A stretch of DNA of 64,000 bases from Heteronotia binoei (Eukaryota), in assembly GCF_032191835.1 (NCBI RefSeq), contig NC_083237.1, forward strand, positions 44,826,001-44,890,000, in the 5' to 3' direction. Below, one piece after another: positions 1 to 12,760 of the stretch. A model generated the notes under the pieces. It was not told the origin of the DNA. It ran no database searches and saw only the letters and a list, made by a program, of their open reading frames with translations. Numbering within the stretch: position 1 is the first letter of the stretch; each line of letters begins with the position of its first letter. Made by a program: the position numbers and the translations under genes.

Positions 1-344
1 ATCTTTTCCTGTCTCCATGCAATCCTAAACAGTTAAACCTTTCGAAGCCTTTAATGGACTTAGATGGGGCGGGGTGTAATCTCTCCTAAGGATTGCATTG
101 CCAAGAGACCCCACTTCATTTTAAGAAATCACCCTCCAATCCAGCCAGATGGAAACCTTGCAGTGGTCATTTATTAGAGGACTTCATACTTTCTCTTTCT
201 ATCTTGGGTAAGTGTGCAACAAGGTAGGCTTTTGCATGGGTGCAGATTGACTACACAAAACCGTTTCAGCAAAAGAACAAAGAATCAACTTTACTTGTAT
301 AAGCAGCCATTGGTTACACACATATATTTGCCATCAAACTGCAA

Positions 345-520
345 AAGACTTACAGCAATCCCAGCAAAGGGCTTTTCAAGGTAAGTGAGAAGCAGAGGTG
401 ATTTGTCACTGCCTTCCTCTGTAAAGTCTTCCTTACTAGTCCCCCTTCTGTAAAGTCTTCCTTACTAGTCCCCCTTCCAAAAACTGACCCTTGCTTAGCT
501 TCTGAGATCTGACAAGATTG
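345..520 (-). mobile_element. 5S-derived SINE (5S-Sauria-like), partial
   Basis: Reverse complement has a 5S-like head (agatctcagaagctaagcaagggtc) and a Sauria/RTE-type tail; contains a small internal tandem duplication of ctgtaaagtcttccttactagtccccctt. Confidence 0.6.
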
Positions 521-564
521 GTCTATAACATACCTCCAATCCCTCCCTCCAGTCACTGGTTTTG

Positions 565-735
565 TGTGTGTGAAGTGCCATCAAGTCACAGCAGACTTAT
601 AGTAACCCCAGCAAGGGGCTTTCAAGGTAAGAGAGAAGCAGAGGCGGTTTGCCATTGCCTTCCTCTGCAGAGTCTTCCTTGGTGGTCTCCTTTCCAAGTA
701 TTGACCTTGCTTAGCTTCTGAGATCTGAGGAGATC
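565..735 (-). mobile_element. 5S-derived SINE (5S-Sauria-like)
   Basis: Second copy of the same family; rc gatctcctcagatctcagaagctaagcaaggtcaatacttggaaaggagaccaccaaggaagac. Confidence 0.65.
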
Positions 736-741
736 AAAGAC

Positions 742-950
742 CAGGGGTGGCCAAACTGTGGCTCTTTCACAGATTGTGGGCTCTTGAAGTCCCTGCCACC
801 CCATCGGCCACCTTGGAGAAGGCATGTCTCTTTAAATCACTTCTCCAAGCAAAGCCAGCCAGCAGCTTGGAGAATGCATTTAAAGTTGCTTTCTTTTCAC
901 CTCTCCCTCCTCTGTGTGGCTCTTACATTAAGTAAGTTTGGTCACCCCTG
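742..950. mobile_element. hAT-type MITE
   Basis: TIRs CAGGGGTGGCCAAAC / GTTTGGTCACCCCTG; TSD is degenerate. Confidence 0.65.
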
Positions 951-2589
951 AACCAGACCATGTTGCCTAGTGCCTTCCCTTTAATCAATGGCTACAAAAA
1001 GGAAAAACATAGCTGAGCAAAAACTAACTACCAACAGAGAAGGAAAGAAAAATAGAACAATCAAATCCATATGATGGTGAATTTTAGTTAGGCAGAATAC
1101 TCTTTAAAGTTTCCAGATTTCTTGTTCAGGCCGTATTCACATTCTGTCTCTCCCTTCCATTTTGCTGGACTCCTTCTTTGAGCCTCCAGAAGAATTTCCA
1201 ATTGAACCTCCAGAAGATATTCCCATTTTATTGAGCAAGGATTCTCTCATGTTCTGTGGGTGGGTGGGTGGGATCAGGCACTCCCCCCACCCCATCATCA
1301 AGGGACACACAGTTTGCTTTGAGGTATTCCAGTAGCTGATCCCTAGTTTATTTGATCAAAAGGGAACAGCTTTACATACAGCTCTGGGAACTATTCAGAA
1401 TCAAATGCCTATTTGTTTACATATATTTTAAATTTTAGTAGGGCAGCTGTTGTGAGAAAACCTTTTAAAAAATCATCATGTGGCACATTACAAACTAACA
1501 GATTTATTATACTGCACATTTTTGTGAGTTAAAGCTCACTTTTTCAGATGCATTGCATGAAACATGCTTTACGTCATATATCCGAGGAAAGGAACTCTAG
1601 CCCACAACCTTCCTGCCACAGTAATAGGCCACATTTCCACATCCTTTAAGTATAAGAGGTACACTCATTTTCCTACAATGGTCACCATCCAATAAGGATA
1701 AGTTTTGTTTATGCCTGCTGATTTTAAGCGTGCCTAATTCTGTGCTGGACGGTGGCCAGCCCATTTACCCAATCAGCACCTAACTCTTACACATGCCATT
1801 TGACAGAGTTCCCATATAGCTGGCAGAATACCAGTTTTCTTGCTTTAAAGTGGGAGTCTAACAAATTTGCTAGTACTTACAGAATTTTGAAACTTTTGAA
1901 CATTATCATACTTGGGAGCTGCAAGATGACATGCTCAGAAAAATATTCCGGCATGTGGTATCTAAATGCAAAAATCTGTGTTTTCTTAAGTGCCAAGGAT
2001 ATCTGTTTTAATAGGCCCTGGCAGCCAATGGATTTCATGAAAGTGCCTTGCCAATCTTTGCTTTATTATCAGAGATCTTTCCTCAAAGCAGGGCCCTAGC
2101 ACAAGAGGAAGGAGAACAGGTACAATTTACTGGATTCCAGGAGGTGTTTAGTCCAGACGGCCAGTCCACAGCCATGATATGGTGCATTTATATTATTTCA
2201 GGAGTGCAACAGAAATGTTTATTTCATGACTAATGAGATTACAAGTATAGATGAGAATTGTTATGAGTGTAGGGGTAAGGTGTTACAAGTTTATACAAGG
2301 GTCAGAAAAATGTTTCTTACGCATCCCCCCCCCCCCCCTGAGATAAGCTATAGCACCCTTGTTCCATACCAAATATATGAAAGGGAAACACTATAAAAAG
2401 TACAGCTATAGCCTAATGCTTTACAAGACATTGGGACATTATTATTCACCACATATTTCCATAGTGCTGCAAGAGGGTTGTGCTATTGAGAAATTGGTTT
2501 TTATTGTGTTTTTATGATTTTTACTGCATTCAAATTTTCACTGTATTTCACAGGTGTTTAATTGGCTTTGTGGATTAGAAGAGTAGGTG

Positions 2590-2805
2590 CTCATACCCAG
2601 CTTTTCTCTACCAGAATGAATCTCAAAGCAGCTTACAATCACCTTCCTTCCTCTCCCCACAAGAGGCATCTTGTGGGGCAGATGGGATTGAGAGAGTTTT
2701 GCAAGGACTGTGACAGACCCAAGGTCACCCAGCAGACTTCATGTGGAGGAGTGGGGAATCAAAGCCAGTTTTCCAGATTAGTGTCTGCCTCTTAACCACT
2801 ATAAT
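2590..2805 (-). mobile_element. Squam3-like tRNA-derived SINE, short form
   Basis: gacccaaggtcacccagcagacttcatgtggaggagtggggaatcaa...ttaaccacta is the rc of the family head seen in many other copies in the window. Confidence 0.7.
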
Positions 2806-3560
2806 ATTCCAGCTATTGTGCTGTAAACCAATTTTAGGACTTTTTAAAAAGTTGGAAGGCGGTTTAATTTGTGGCAATGAAATATGTAAAGTCTCACTAC
2901 ACAGGGATTTTTAAGGTTCCACAAAATTCATGCTTATTTTTGCCGCCACATAACAACATAGCTATCCCTTTCCACTGTTTGAAAGAGGAATGGCCCAGTT
3001 ATCTGCTTCATCTCAGCTGAAATATTTTGGGTGGCACTCTCATTTGGCAAATTGTCCATGATTTAAATTATTGTTAGAAAGCATTGTTATGGCTTGAATT
3101 TTCTGCCTCATGTCCTGAAGGGTCTTGGAGTGATTTAAACACGGACTCGGACAGCAGAGAGGGGCTATGACCAGAGAGAATCAGCTCAACAGGTAGAGGA
3201 TTAGCTGGACCAAGGTTCTGAATGAATTTCTGGCATTTTTTGAAGATTGCGGATGGATGCTCAACACTTGTGAAAGTCTGTTACATGTCATTTTAGTTAT
3301 CTGCTAGAGAATACTATGATGAAATAAGTGCCACCTCACATTGATCTTTTCAAGTGATCATACTAGTTTGCACCTAATACAAACCTAATTCAATATATTT
3401 CTGCAGATGCTTCTACAACACAGATATCCATATATGACCGGTTGTGATGAGCTTTGAAAGTGTGTCTTAAAGATATAAAACATTTGTAATTCTTTTTTTG
3501 AATGGCAGAATTTTATCTTTACTCTCATTCGTATTTGAAGGGGTATCTGTTTATTTGAGA

Positions 3561-3857
3561 AGAGTCCCATGGCTCAGAGTGTTAAAGCTGCAGTACTGCA
3601 GTCCTAAGCTCTGCTCACGACCTGAGTTCAATCCCAGCGGAAGCTGGTTCAGGTAGCAGGCTCCAGGTTGACTCAGCCTTCCATCCTTCTGAGGTCGGTA
3701 AAATGAGTACCCCACCTGCTGGGGGGAAAGTGTAGATGACTGGGGAAGGCAATGGCAAACCACCCCATAAAAAGTCTGCCGTGAAAACGTTGTGAAAGCA
3801 ACGTCACCCCAGTTAGAAACAACTGGTGCTTGCACAGGGGATCTTTCCTTCCTTTCC
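3561..3857 (+). mobile_element. Sauria SINE
   Basis: Core ggttgactcagccttccatccttctgaggtcggtaaaatgagtaccc and tail ggggaaggcaatggcaaaccaccc...ggtgcttgcacagggg. Confidence 0.85.
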
Positions 3858-4609
3858 TGTTTATTTGAAGTATGTACTACCCACTCACCCATCCTGTGGG
3901 ATCTTGACGTGGGCTCACAAAAAAAGAATTAATTGGTTGACTGAGGTGATTCGATTCACCAGCAGAGGCCAAAATGTCAAATATTCACTTGCCAAGATGT
4001 TCTGTAAACTCCACAGCCAGTTGCTATGATTACTATTCAAGATGTCTTAGTAGTTGCCAACTGAAGTCAGAAATTCTCTTCTCCTGACTCATTCTTTTAT
4101 TTTCCTCTCCGTTCTTTGTGGAGATAGTTGGTCTTGTCCTGAAAGACACTGTTGGGTGGCACACAGCTGTACCTAATCAAATTCTTTTGAGGTAACTTGG
4201 GTAGACTTTTGATCCAGGTCAGAAGTGACGCTGGGCTATTCAAGCTATTTTTCTCACCAAAAGCAAGATAAACCCATTGATAGGCTCCCACTGACCATTT
4301 CTGCAGATGGAAGAGAGGGCCATTTTCACTCTCAAGATCTCTGAATTCCCTCTCATGCTGTTCCTCCAGAAGCAGCATTTGGGGGACTATAGTGGGAAGG
4401 CAGACATGCCTCCATCAGCAGTAATCTGGAGCAAGATCCAAGCCAGTATTCATTATCGACTGGGTCCACATTATGTCCATGGCTTCCTGCAGCTGAGAGT
4501 GAGCCTAATACTGACAATGCACTGGCACATACTCTGGCCCTGGTCTGAAGGCATGTCTGTACTGCAGCATACTGTGGAGTGTCCTTTGAATAGAGCTACC
4601 ATCATCTAG

Positions 4610-4785
4610 GTAGGGCTTGAAGATCTCCTGGAATTACAATCGATCACCAGATTATACAGACCAGGTCCCTGGAGAGAATGGCTTAATTGGAGGGTGAAAT
4701 TTATGGCAACTGAGGTCCCTTCTCCTCCCCAAATCTGCCCTTCCCAGACTCCAGGAATTTACCAGCTCACAGTTGGCAATCCTAT
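4610..4785. mobile_element. hAT-type MITE (TAGGGTTGCCA-TIR family), degraded
   Basis: gagaatggcttaattggagggtg...cagttggcaatccta; similar to many other copies in the window. Confidence 0.55.
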
Positions 4786-5054
4786 TGAGGAAGATGCTCA
4801 TAAGTCTCAGAGATTTCCAGCACACACATTCTCTGCAACTATTTGAAGCCTGTGGTGGACATATGGTCAGACTACTTTGGGATTGGGAAGAAACTTTCCC
4901 TTAGGTCATGGTGATCCCAAGAATTCCCCCCTAGTTTGTATGTGTTACATTTTTAAGTGCTTTTGGGGAATTGTGGTGTGGATCATGCAGATGGATTGAG
5001 AGATACTGGTGGTGGTGGGATGGCTCTGCTGAACCGCTGAAGGTTGGACTAGAT

Positions 5055-5653
5055 CAGGGGTGTCGAACTCATTTGTTATGAGGGCCGGATCTGACATAAA
5101 TAAGACCTTGTTGGGCTGGGCCATATCAGGCCTAACATGGCCTGGCCATGTGTGTAAATATTTCACATTAGGTAGCAGAGATATAAACTTTATAAAGAAC
5201 ACAGACAAAGACCTTAAAAATGCTTTTTAAAAAACACCTTAAAACATGCTTAAAACATTAGCACTCACTGGTCTTAAACGTACTTTCTTTATATCTCTCC
5301 CACTGGATCCAGCGAACTGCGCAAAGGAAGCTGTGGCTCTTTCCTTCCTTCCCCAGGAAACCGGGGAGGGGGGTGGAGCTTCAGCCAATGGAAGGCTTGG
5401 CTCAGTAGCTCTGCTGTGTGATTGAGAGAGCCTGGCAAAGCAAGCTCTGCCTTCCCCCCCTTCCTTTCCAAGGGAGGAGCCTCAGCCAATTGCAAAAACA
5501 GAGGTTTTGCTCTGTAGCTGCTGTGCAACTGAGCAAGCCTTGCAAAGCAAGCTCTTAAGCAGAAGGAAGTGAGAGAGAGGGAAAAGGAAGCAGATGGCAG
5601 CCAGTTGGTTGGGGGCCTGATTTGGCCCATGGGCCGCATGTTTGACACCCCTG
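5055..5653. mobile_element. hAT (Charlie-like) non-autonomous transposon inserted in a CR1 3' end
   Basis: TIRs CAGGGGTGTCGAAC / GTTTGACACCCCTG; perfect 8-bp TSD gactagat (5047-5054, 5654-5661). Confidence 0.9.
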
Positions 5654-6589
5654 GACTAGATGGCCTTTAGGTTCTTTCTTTCTTTATTAACCTGAACCAA
5701 GAGGCAGTGTACAGAAATATGGCCTGCTTTGCTTTCTAGAAAGTGCTTTTCATGAACCTCTTTGTGAAGAACATCCAGGTTTTTGTGTATACATAGCTGC
5801 TTCAAAAGAAAACATGAGGGATGCCCCCCTTTGAAAGCTTTTTAGCCCTGAATCCAATAAGCATTGTTTCTCCCCTCCCCACCAAACAATGAAAACATTT
5901 GCAGGGAAATGAAGAGGAGGCAAGGAATATATCTTTCTCTCTTAGATATTTTCCTGGGTAACTAGAGAAGGCTATCTTTGTTAATTACTGATGTCTCTGT
6001 CCCTCTTTGAGGCAGACAAGGCCGCCTATTCATGGCAACAAAAGCCAGAGGAGAGACAGGTCTGGGATTTGTGCTGCCTGTCGGCCCACCGTTTGATGTG
6101 AGGTGCTGAAAAGAGGCAGCTGGCTTTGTTTTCATGAAAAAGGCAGGCCAGGGTTCCAGCACCCAACCCAGATGAAGGATGCTGGGGAAGTTCTGGTTTC
6201 AGCAAATGTGAGGAAAAGATTAGTCCTTAATAATGCTGGGTAAAAGCAATCTCAGGCCCAAAGCAACAATGTTTTGAGACTTTCCACTACATCAATGGTT
6301 TCATAAGTACATACACATTGCCTTTCTGGGTCAGACCCCGGCCTATCTAATCCATTATTCTGTTTACAAGAACAGGCACTTGTACAGTTCACAGACTCTC
6401 AGAGGTGGTGATGGCCTTCCCCAAAAGCATACGGTAATCCGAGGCATAATGTCTCTTGAACAAGGGTAACCATACATGGGTGACCAAAAAAGGGTGACAA
6501 GAGCCCTTGAAAAAGGACAAAAGAGGGTAGGATTTGCACAAATTCTGCAAATGCTAATTTACATTTATAAATGCAATTTTCGCTCCAAC

Positions 6590-7010
6590 CTGGATGACCC
6601 AGGCTAGCCTGATCTAGTCAGATCTTAGAAACTACATATGAATATATGAAGCTGCCTTATACTGAATCAGACCCTTGGTCCATCAAAGTCAGTATTGTCT
6701 TCTCAGACTGGCAGTGGCTCTCCAGAGTCTCAAGCTGAGGTTTTTCACACCTATTTGCCTGGACCCTTTTTTGGAGATGCCAGGGATTGAACCTGGGACC
6801 TTCTGCTTACCAAGCAGATGCTCTACCACTGAGCCACCGTCCCTCCCCAACTAAGGAGGGTTTGCCCTGGTTAGTATTTGGATGGGAGACCACCAAGAAA
6901 GCCTACAGTTGTTACAAGGAAAGCAAACCACATCTGAACATCTCTTGCCTTTAAAACCCCAAGGGTCACCATAAATCTGGTGCAACTTGACAGCACTTTC
7001 CACCACTATG
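6590..7010 (+). mobile_element. 5S-derived SINE interrupted by a Squam2-like SINE
   Basis: gcctgatctagtcagatcttagaaacta...aactaaggagggtttgccctggttagtatttggatgggagaccaccaag; the two halves flank 6634-6848. Confidence 0.65.
6634..6848 (-). mobile_element. Squam2-like tRNA-derived SINE
   Basis: rc head gggagggacggtggctcagtggtagagcatctgcttggtaagcagaaggtcccaggttcaatccc (A and B boxes); tail ctgattcagtataaggcagcttcatat. Confidence 0.85.
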
Positions 7011-8756
7011 CAATTATATATTACTATAATTTTAAATATATGATTCAAGTCCAGTAGCACATTAAAGACCAACAAGGTTTCCAGACTTTAAGGCGCTACT
7101 GGTCCTTAATCTTGTTCTTCTATTGCAACCCAACAGGACTACCTACTCAAAAGAATTTAAATAGAAATACTACTCCCCACAGTACCACCTCTTTTTGCTG
7201 TCCAGGTGGTTAGCTGTTGAGAGTGCCCTTGAGTTTCCTTTCTTATAGCGCAACATCTCTAATTCACCCCAAACAGCCTGATTGGTCCAACAGCAGGCAG
7301 TGCTGGGTACCACTCAGGGATTGAGCCTTTAGAAACTGTTCTGCTGGTTTTATTGGACAAAAGGAAAACCCAGACATTTCAGAAGACAGGCCTCAATAAT
7401 AAATTATTATTATTACTTTAATTCTCTATCCCGCCCTCTCCACAGGGCGGCTAACAGGGTGGCTTATAAAGAGGACGGGAGGAAGGAAAGCTAATCACTC
7501 TACTCTGAACATGGAAGTTCCATCTAAGTATCGCTGCTAGTAGACATTCATAGTCCAATGCTTCATGAATTTTGGTAGTGCTATTTAAAAACCCTCAAGG
7601 TAGTTGCTATGTCACAATAAATTCATATGTTCTATGGAGGCCTAGATTCACCCCAATGTAAGATGCTGCTCTTAACCATGAACCAAAAGTGTGCCTAACA
7701 TGTGCTTCAGGGGAGTAGGTTCTAGCAAGAAGGGGTAAAGGAGTAAGGTTTAAAAGTTTAACAGTGGGAGCTAGCACTCCTGAGTTCTTTGGGATATAAT
7801 CTTTATTTTAAAATTTATTTTATTGTATTTATATCCCACCCTCCCCTGTTGGGCTCTGTAAACAGTTAGAGTCCAGTAGCACCTTAGAGAACAATAGAAT
7901 ATTCTGGGTATAAGCTTTTGAGAGTCAAAGCTGTCTTCACCAGATATTTGGGATGTGAAACCACACAAAATTAGTGGTGCTGAGGTCAAAGGATATACTG
8001 GTGGAGTCAGTGTGAAAGGGGGGGGGGCTAAATTCAGCAAGGTTAACTTGTTTAAATTTTTATTAAATACTGACTTGGGTCCAGCCAAATGTTTTGACCA
8101 AGTGCACACAACTTCCCTCCTTATTACAGACCCTGTGGCTTTTCTTTGTGCAGGTCCCCACCCCAATCTCCAGCAAAGCTTTATGGGTAGCCAAAAGGGT
8201 CTTGCAGTACTGGTTTTTAGCAGCGGAAAAGATGGCTCGATCCAACCCAGTGTTAACAATGTGCAAATTAAAAAAGGAACAAATAATTGTGGATGTCTTT
8301 ATATGTGTCTTTAAAACCACAGGTAATCACAGAACAGACAGCTCAGGTCTTACAAGACCCCAGCTGCAGAGATTAAGTATTTTCCAAATACCCTACCTGC
8401 AGTCATGGGCAAGAAGACTAGAAGCAGATAGGAAACAAGGAAGATTCTGTCTGTAGTTTTCCCTTGCCACTCCTTTAATGAAAGCAGTAGAAATTTACAT
8501 ATTTTAAAACATAAGCTGAACCTTCAGAGAAGGATCGAAATGGATAGCCTTATTAGTCCGTCTACAGCAGTAGAAAAGAGAAAGAAGTCCAGTCGCACCT
8601 TAAAGACTAACAAAATTCATGGTAGAGTATGAACTTCCATGGCGAGCAGTGACTCAAGAAAGCTCATACTCTATCACAACTTTTGTTAGTCTTTAGGGAA
8701 GGGACTTGGAATATCTCTGAGAGGGCATGGCCTTAGCTGTTCCACTTTTGGGTGGT

Positions 8757-8955
8757 AGGGCCATGGCTGGCTCAGACGTACAGCATCTGCGTTACATGCA
8801 GAAAGTCCCCAGCATCCAGTTAAAAAGATTAGGTAGTAGGTGATGTCAAAGAACTCTGCCACTGAGACCCTGACTGGCTGCTGCTGGTCAGAGTAGGCAA
8901 GACTGACCTTGACACGTCAACAGTCTGATCCAATATAAGGCAGATTCATGTATGT
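8757..8955 (+). mobile_element. Squam2-like SINE, diverged
   Basis: ggctcagacgtacagcatctgc...ctgatccaatataaggcagattcatg. Confidence 0.65.
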
Positions 8956-9214
8956 TGAGATAAGAAAATAAATTACTGGGTTAGTGCATGAAATGGTGGT
9001 GTGACTTATACACAGTGAGGATACTCTGTGATTTTCTCATTGTCAGTTCACTACCTTTGTTGAAAAATATAAGCCACTTTTTCTGGTATGCCAGCAACAT
9101 TTTGTACAAATCTTCCATCCAAAAACTAAGAACAAATCCAGATACATAGTTCAAAGCAGCATCCAAATTAGCCATCAAAGAGAACTATCCTGCTTACTTG
9201 AAGTGAATTCTTAT

Positions 9215-9300
9215 TTATTTATTTACTTATTTATTTTATTCCATTTGTATCCCGCCCTCTTCGCCAAGGTGCGCTCAGGGCGGCTCAGATAGACATGCAT
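9215..9300 (-). mobile_element. L2 LINE 3' tail fragment
   Basis: (ttta)n followed by tatcccgccct...ctcagggcggctc, the rc of the L2 3' stem-loop. Confidence 0.55.
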
Positions 9301-10735
9301 GTGCATGAGTAAATACAGTAATACATTAAAACCATAAACTATAGAATAATATAAAAACATAAAATATTTCGGCACTATAATCATTCTTGAAAATGCCAGC
9401 AGAAGTTGGAATGTCTTTTAGTGTTTGAAAGATCCATCTCTAGAGATTCTGAATTCTGAACAGCAGAGTAACAACGTTATTGAAGCTATTTCATGGCAAA
9501 GATTCCTTCACAGTCCTCTCTTGTTTCCCAGTTTTTCACATTAATGAAACATCAGGGGGATATGTTGAAGAGGAATAAATAAATTGGGAAGTAACCCTCC
9601 CCCCCCGCAATGATAGAAGCAGTGCCTGTAGCTTTAAAAAACAAATGCCCTCAGTGGCTATTGCTAGGCAACCACAACAGCACTGCCACCATTCAAGCCT
9701 CGGTTTCTGATAGTAAATGACATGATGGGCAGGGCCCTTTCCAGGGCTATTTTGGCCTTTGAGAGAGAACTTAACAGGGCCAGGCCAAGTAACAGCTGTG
9801 AGCAACTTATTACCACACAACTTCCATTACTTATCTAGGCCCAGCAGCTTGCTACTGCTCACCCACACAAAAGCCAGCGTATTATTATGGTCAGTTATAG
9901 ATTTGGATCTGAGAGACAGAGGTTCAGATCCTCACTCTACTGTGAAAGCTCCCTGGATGACTCTGGGCCAGTCATATGCTCTCAGCCTAAGCAACCTGTT
10001 GTGAAAATAAAGCAGAGGACAGAATTATGTAAATTGTTTTGAGCTCCCAATGGAGAGACAGGTGGACCTACAAATAAAGTAAATAAATATATAGCTGAAG
10101 ATGGGCCAGATAAAAGGTAGGTTGGTTCATGGGTGGGAAGGAGAAAAGGAAACAGGGAAAGCTAAGGATATGGGGACTGCCAGGATGAAAGAAATAGTGT
10201 GGGGAAAGGGATGCAGGGGAAAATAAGGTGCTCTTTCAAATCCTTGCAGGTTCCCCAGTGTATAACTTAGCTCAGTCCGGTAGGCAGGGCACCACACTAC
10301 TTGGCCAGGCTCTTCCCAGGAAGAGACTGCCAGAGGGAGAGAAAGAGGAAAAGCCGCAACAGGGGGAGCAGATAAAAGCAGGTTGGCTGATGGGCAGGAA
10401 GGAGAAAGGGAAACAGGAAAAGGAAAAAGGCTATGGGGACTTTCAGGGAAGGGAAAGATAAAACAGGGGGAGAGGGAAATGAGATAATCCTCAGAAGTCC
10501 TTGTGAGTCACATAATTATCTATTTTATTGATTCCATTTACACTTTTTCAAGGGGTGGAGGAAGGGAAGGCAAAACATATGGTTTTACAATATTTGAAGC
10601 AAAGCTTCTCAAGCTCTCTGCTTTACTGCGTCCAACCTGCATTCAATTGAAAACAAGTAGCTTTCAATCCCAGAGCAGAAGTTGTTATCACCAGGAAGCT
10701 TTAAACAAACCATTCAGTTCCTTCTCCGTCATCAA

Positions 10736-10980
10736 GAGCCAGTTTAGTGTAGTGGTTAAGAGTACACACTCTTATCTTGGAGAACCCAGTTTGATTCTCC
10801 ACTCCTCCACTTAGAGCTACTGGAACGGCCTTGGGTCAGTCGTAGCTCTCACAGAGTTGTCCCTGAAAGGGCATCTTCTGTGAGAGCTCTCTCAGTCCCA
10901 CCTACCACACAGGGTGTTTGTAAGGTAGATTCAGAGTGAAGGGTGGGATACAAATCCAATTCCTTCTCCTCCTCCTCCAT
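10736..10980 (+). mobile_element. Squam3-like SINE, long form
   Basis: gagccagtttagtgtagtggttaagag...gggtgggatacaaatccaa followed by a (cct)n tail. Confidence 0.8.
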
Positions 10981-11599
10981 TCCATCCTTGTAATACTGAG
11001 CAAATAAAACTGGTCTACCTTACACAATCGTTGTGATGTTGGCTAAAATAAATGCACTTTGTCATGCTTTAGGCACTTTGGGGTCTAAATGCTACATAAT
11101 TGCTAAATGGTACAGTGATTATGATATAATTATAAGCCAATGTTTACATTTCCCGTGTCTGGCTAGAATGTTCTTTCAGTCTGAAAAAACAGCCAGCTGC
11201 CTGTGGTTTCACAATGAAGGCCCTTCCATAAATTATGGCTGACAATGCCTGGATGACATATTGGTGGAAATGGGGACAATCTGTGAGAAGAGGGAGGAGG
11301 TGTTTGTTTTTACCTAGGTGTGTTTGTGACAGATTTAATGGATAGTCCACATGTGACAAGAGAGATGACTTTGGCACTTGATTTGAAATGAGGCAGCTTC
11401 CCCAGCTGATTTTTATTTTCTCTGGGCAGGCCCTTCCCTTTCCCCTCAAGCGTGACACTAACGGCACTGCTGAGCCTCTCGCTGTTTCCATGCTGGCGCG
11501 AATGGTTTTAATGAAAGCAAAAGAGGGCCAATTTCAAAATCAAAACGCACATGGCAGGCAGAAGGGAATAGAGAAAGGGGCATCTCTTGGGAAAGCAGC

Positions 11600-12760
11600 T
11601 CCCGACTGCACAGCGGTTTAAAACAACCCGACTCGCCTGCGCGTTCTTTCACGTGTTAACAGCATTCACAAGTGATGCCCGGAAAACGCTCTTTGTCGTC
11701 GTCCCCTCCCAATTCCCGCCCACCTTCCCCTCGGCGGGTCCTTTCGCTGCTGCTTCTTCCCCCTGGGCGAGGCGCGCAGGCGAGACATGAAGGAGGCCAT
11801 TCCTTTAGCTGCCACGCCGGGTGCCGCGAGGAGATCTCGTCTTAGGCAGCCCGGGGCAGGGGGCTTCCGAGCCGCCTCGCAGGCCTGGAGGGGAGACTGC
11901 CTTCGCGGGCTCGGCGCGTCTCCGGCGGCACGTGGCAGGCGGCTAGTCCGCATCGAGCCTCCCTCTCCACCCCCCGCCTCCCCTCCCGCCCTCCGTGCAG
12001 CAGCAGCAGCGGCAGCGGCAGAGGTGGGTCTCTGGCATCGCGTCCTCCTCCCAGCAAAGGCGTCGGCGGGTGTCAAGGAACCGGGCTCGGCCGGCGGGAC
12101 CTTTCCCAGAGTGACAGCGGCGGGGCGTGCGCGCTGGGCAGGCGGACGGCGAGGCTCAGGTAGGGCGCGATCGGGCCAGGCAGGCAAAAGGAAGAGAGGC
12201 GGGCGAGCGAGCACAGCAGCAGCCCCGACGGTCTCCCGCGCAGCGCCCCTCCGCCGGCTTCCTTGCGCGCCTTCCCGGCTCGCCGTCTCTTCGGTTCCTA
12301 CGTTTCCAAACCAGTTCCTCCGGTCCTTCTCCATCTGGGTCTTCCCCTTCTTGTCTGAGCCGTCCCGTCCCCTACTTCCCCTCTCCCCCCCCCCCCCCGC
12401 CTTCTTCCAGGTTTGGGAGCGGAGCCTCCAGCGACACTCGCTCTCTCCCCCCCTTCTACTCCAGCAGCCTTTGCGCTCGCTTGAACAGCAAAGCGGGGAA
12501 TGGGATCCCAGTAGAGAAGGTCCACTTTGGCGCGTGCAAACCTGAACGGGCGCCCGTCTGGCTGGAGGAGGAAGAAGAGGAAACCGCCCCCCTCCCATGC
12601 CAAAGGGCAAGAGCACGAACACCCCCCGCCGGGGCACTGCGAGGGCATCCTCAAGGTAGGAGATCTCGGGCTGGAAGAGGCTGCCCTCTTGGCTGATCTA
12701 GACCCGAAGCCCTATCCGGAGAACCCAGGCGGCCAGGCGTCGCCAAGCGCCCCCGCCCCC
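11600..12760. promoter_or_regulatory. CpG island, probable NTF4 promoter and first exon
   Basis: Very high GC and CpG density against a CpG-depleted background; E-box CACGTG at 11650-11655; GCA/GCG tract at 11997-12021; ends at a + strand splice donor. Confidence 0.75.
12400..12655 (+). other. NTF4: Candidate non-coding first exon of NTF4 (3' end defined, 5' end unknown)
   Basis: Donor CTCAAG|gtagga at 12655/12656; splicing to 30831 gives ATC CTC AAG|GTC (ILK|V), resembling the ILQ|V junction of NT-3; no other gene explains the island. Confidence 0.45.

Noticed and set aside
4097-4609. 93-aa and 100-aa ORFs in unique sequence
   Set aside because: No recognisable motif and no consistent splice phases with neighbouring segments
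6634-6848. tRNA-like A/B-box heads here and in other SINEs; 5S-like sequence in another SINE family
   Set aside because: They continue into SINE bodies and LINE-derived tails; not tRNA or rRNA genes
1-11600. KCNA7, expected upstream of NTF4 from human synteny
   Set aside because: No potassium-channel ORF (S4 or GYG pore motif) seen in the window
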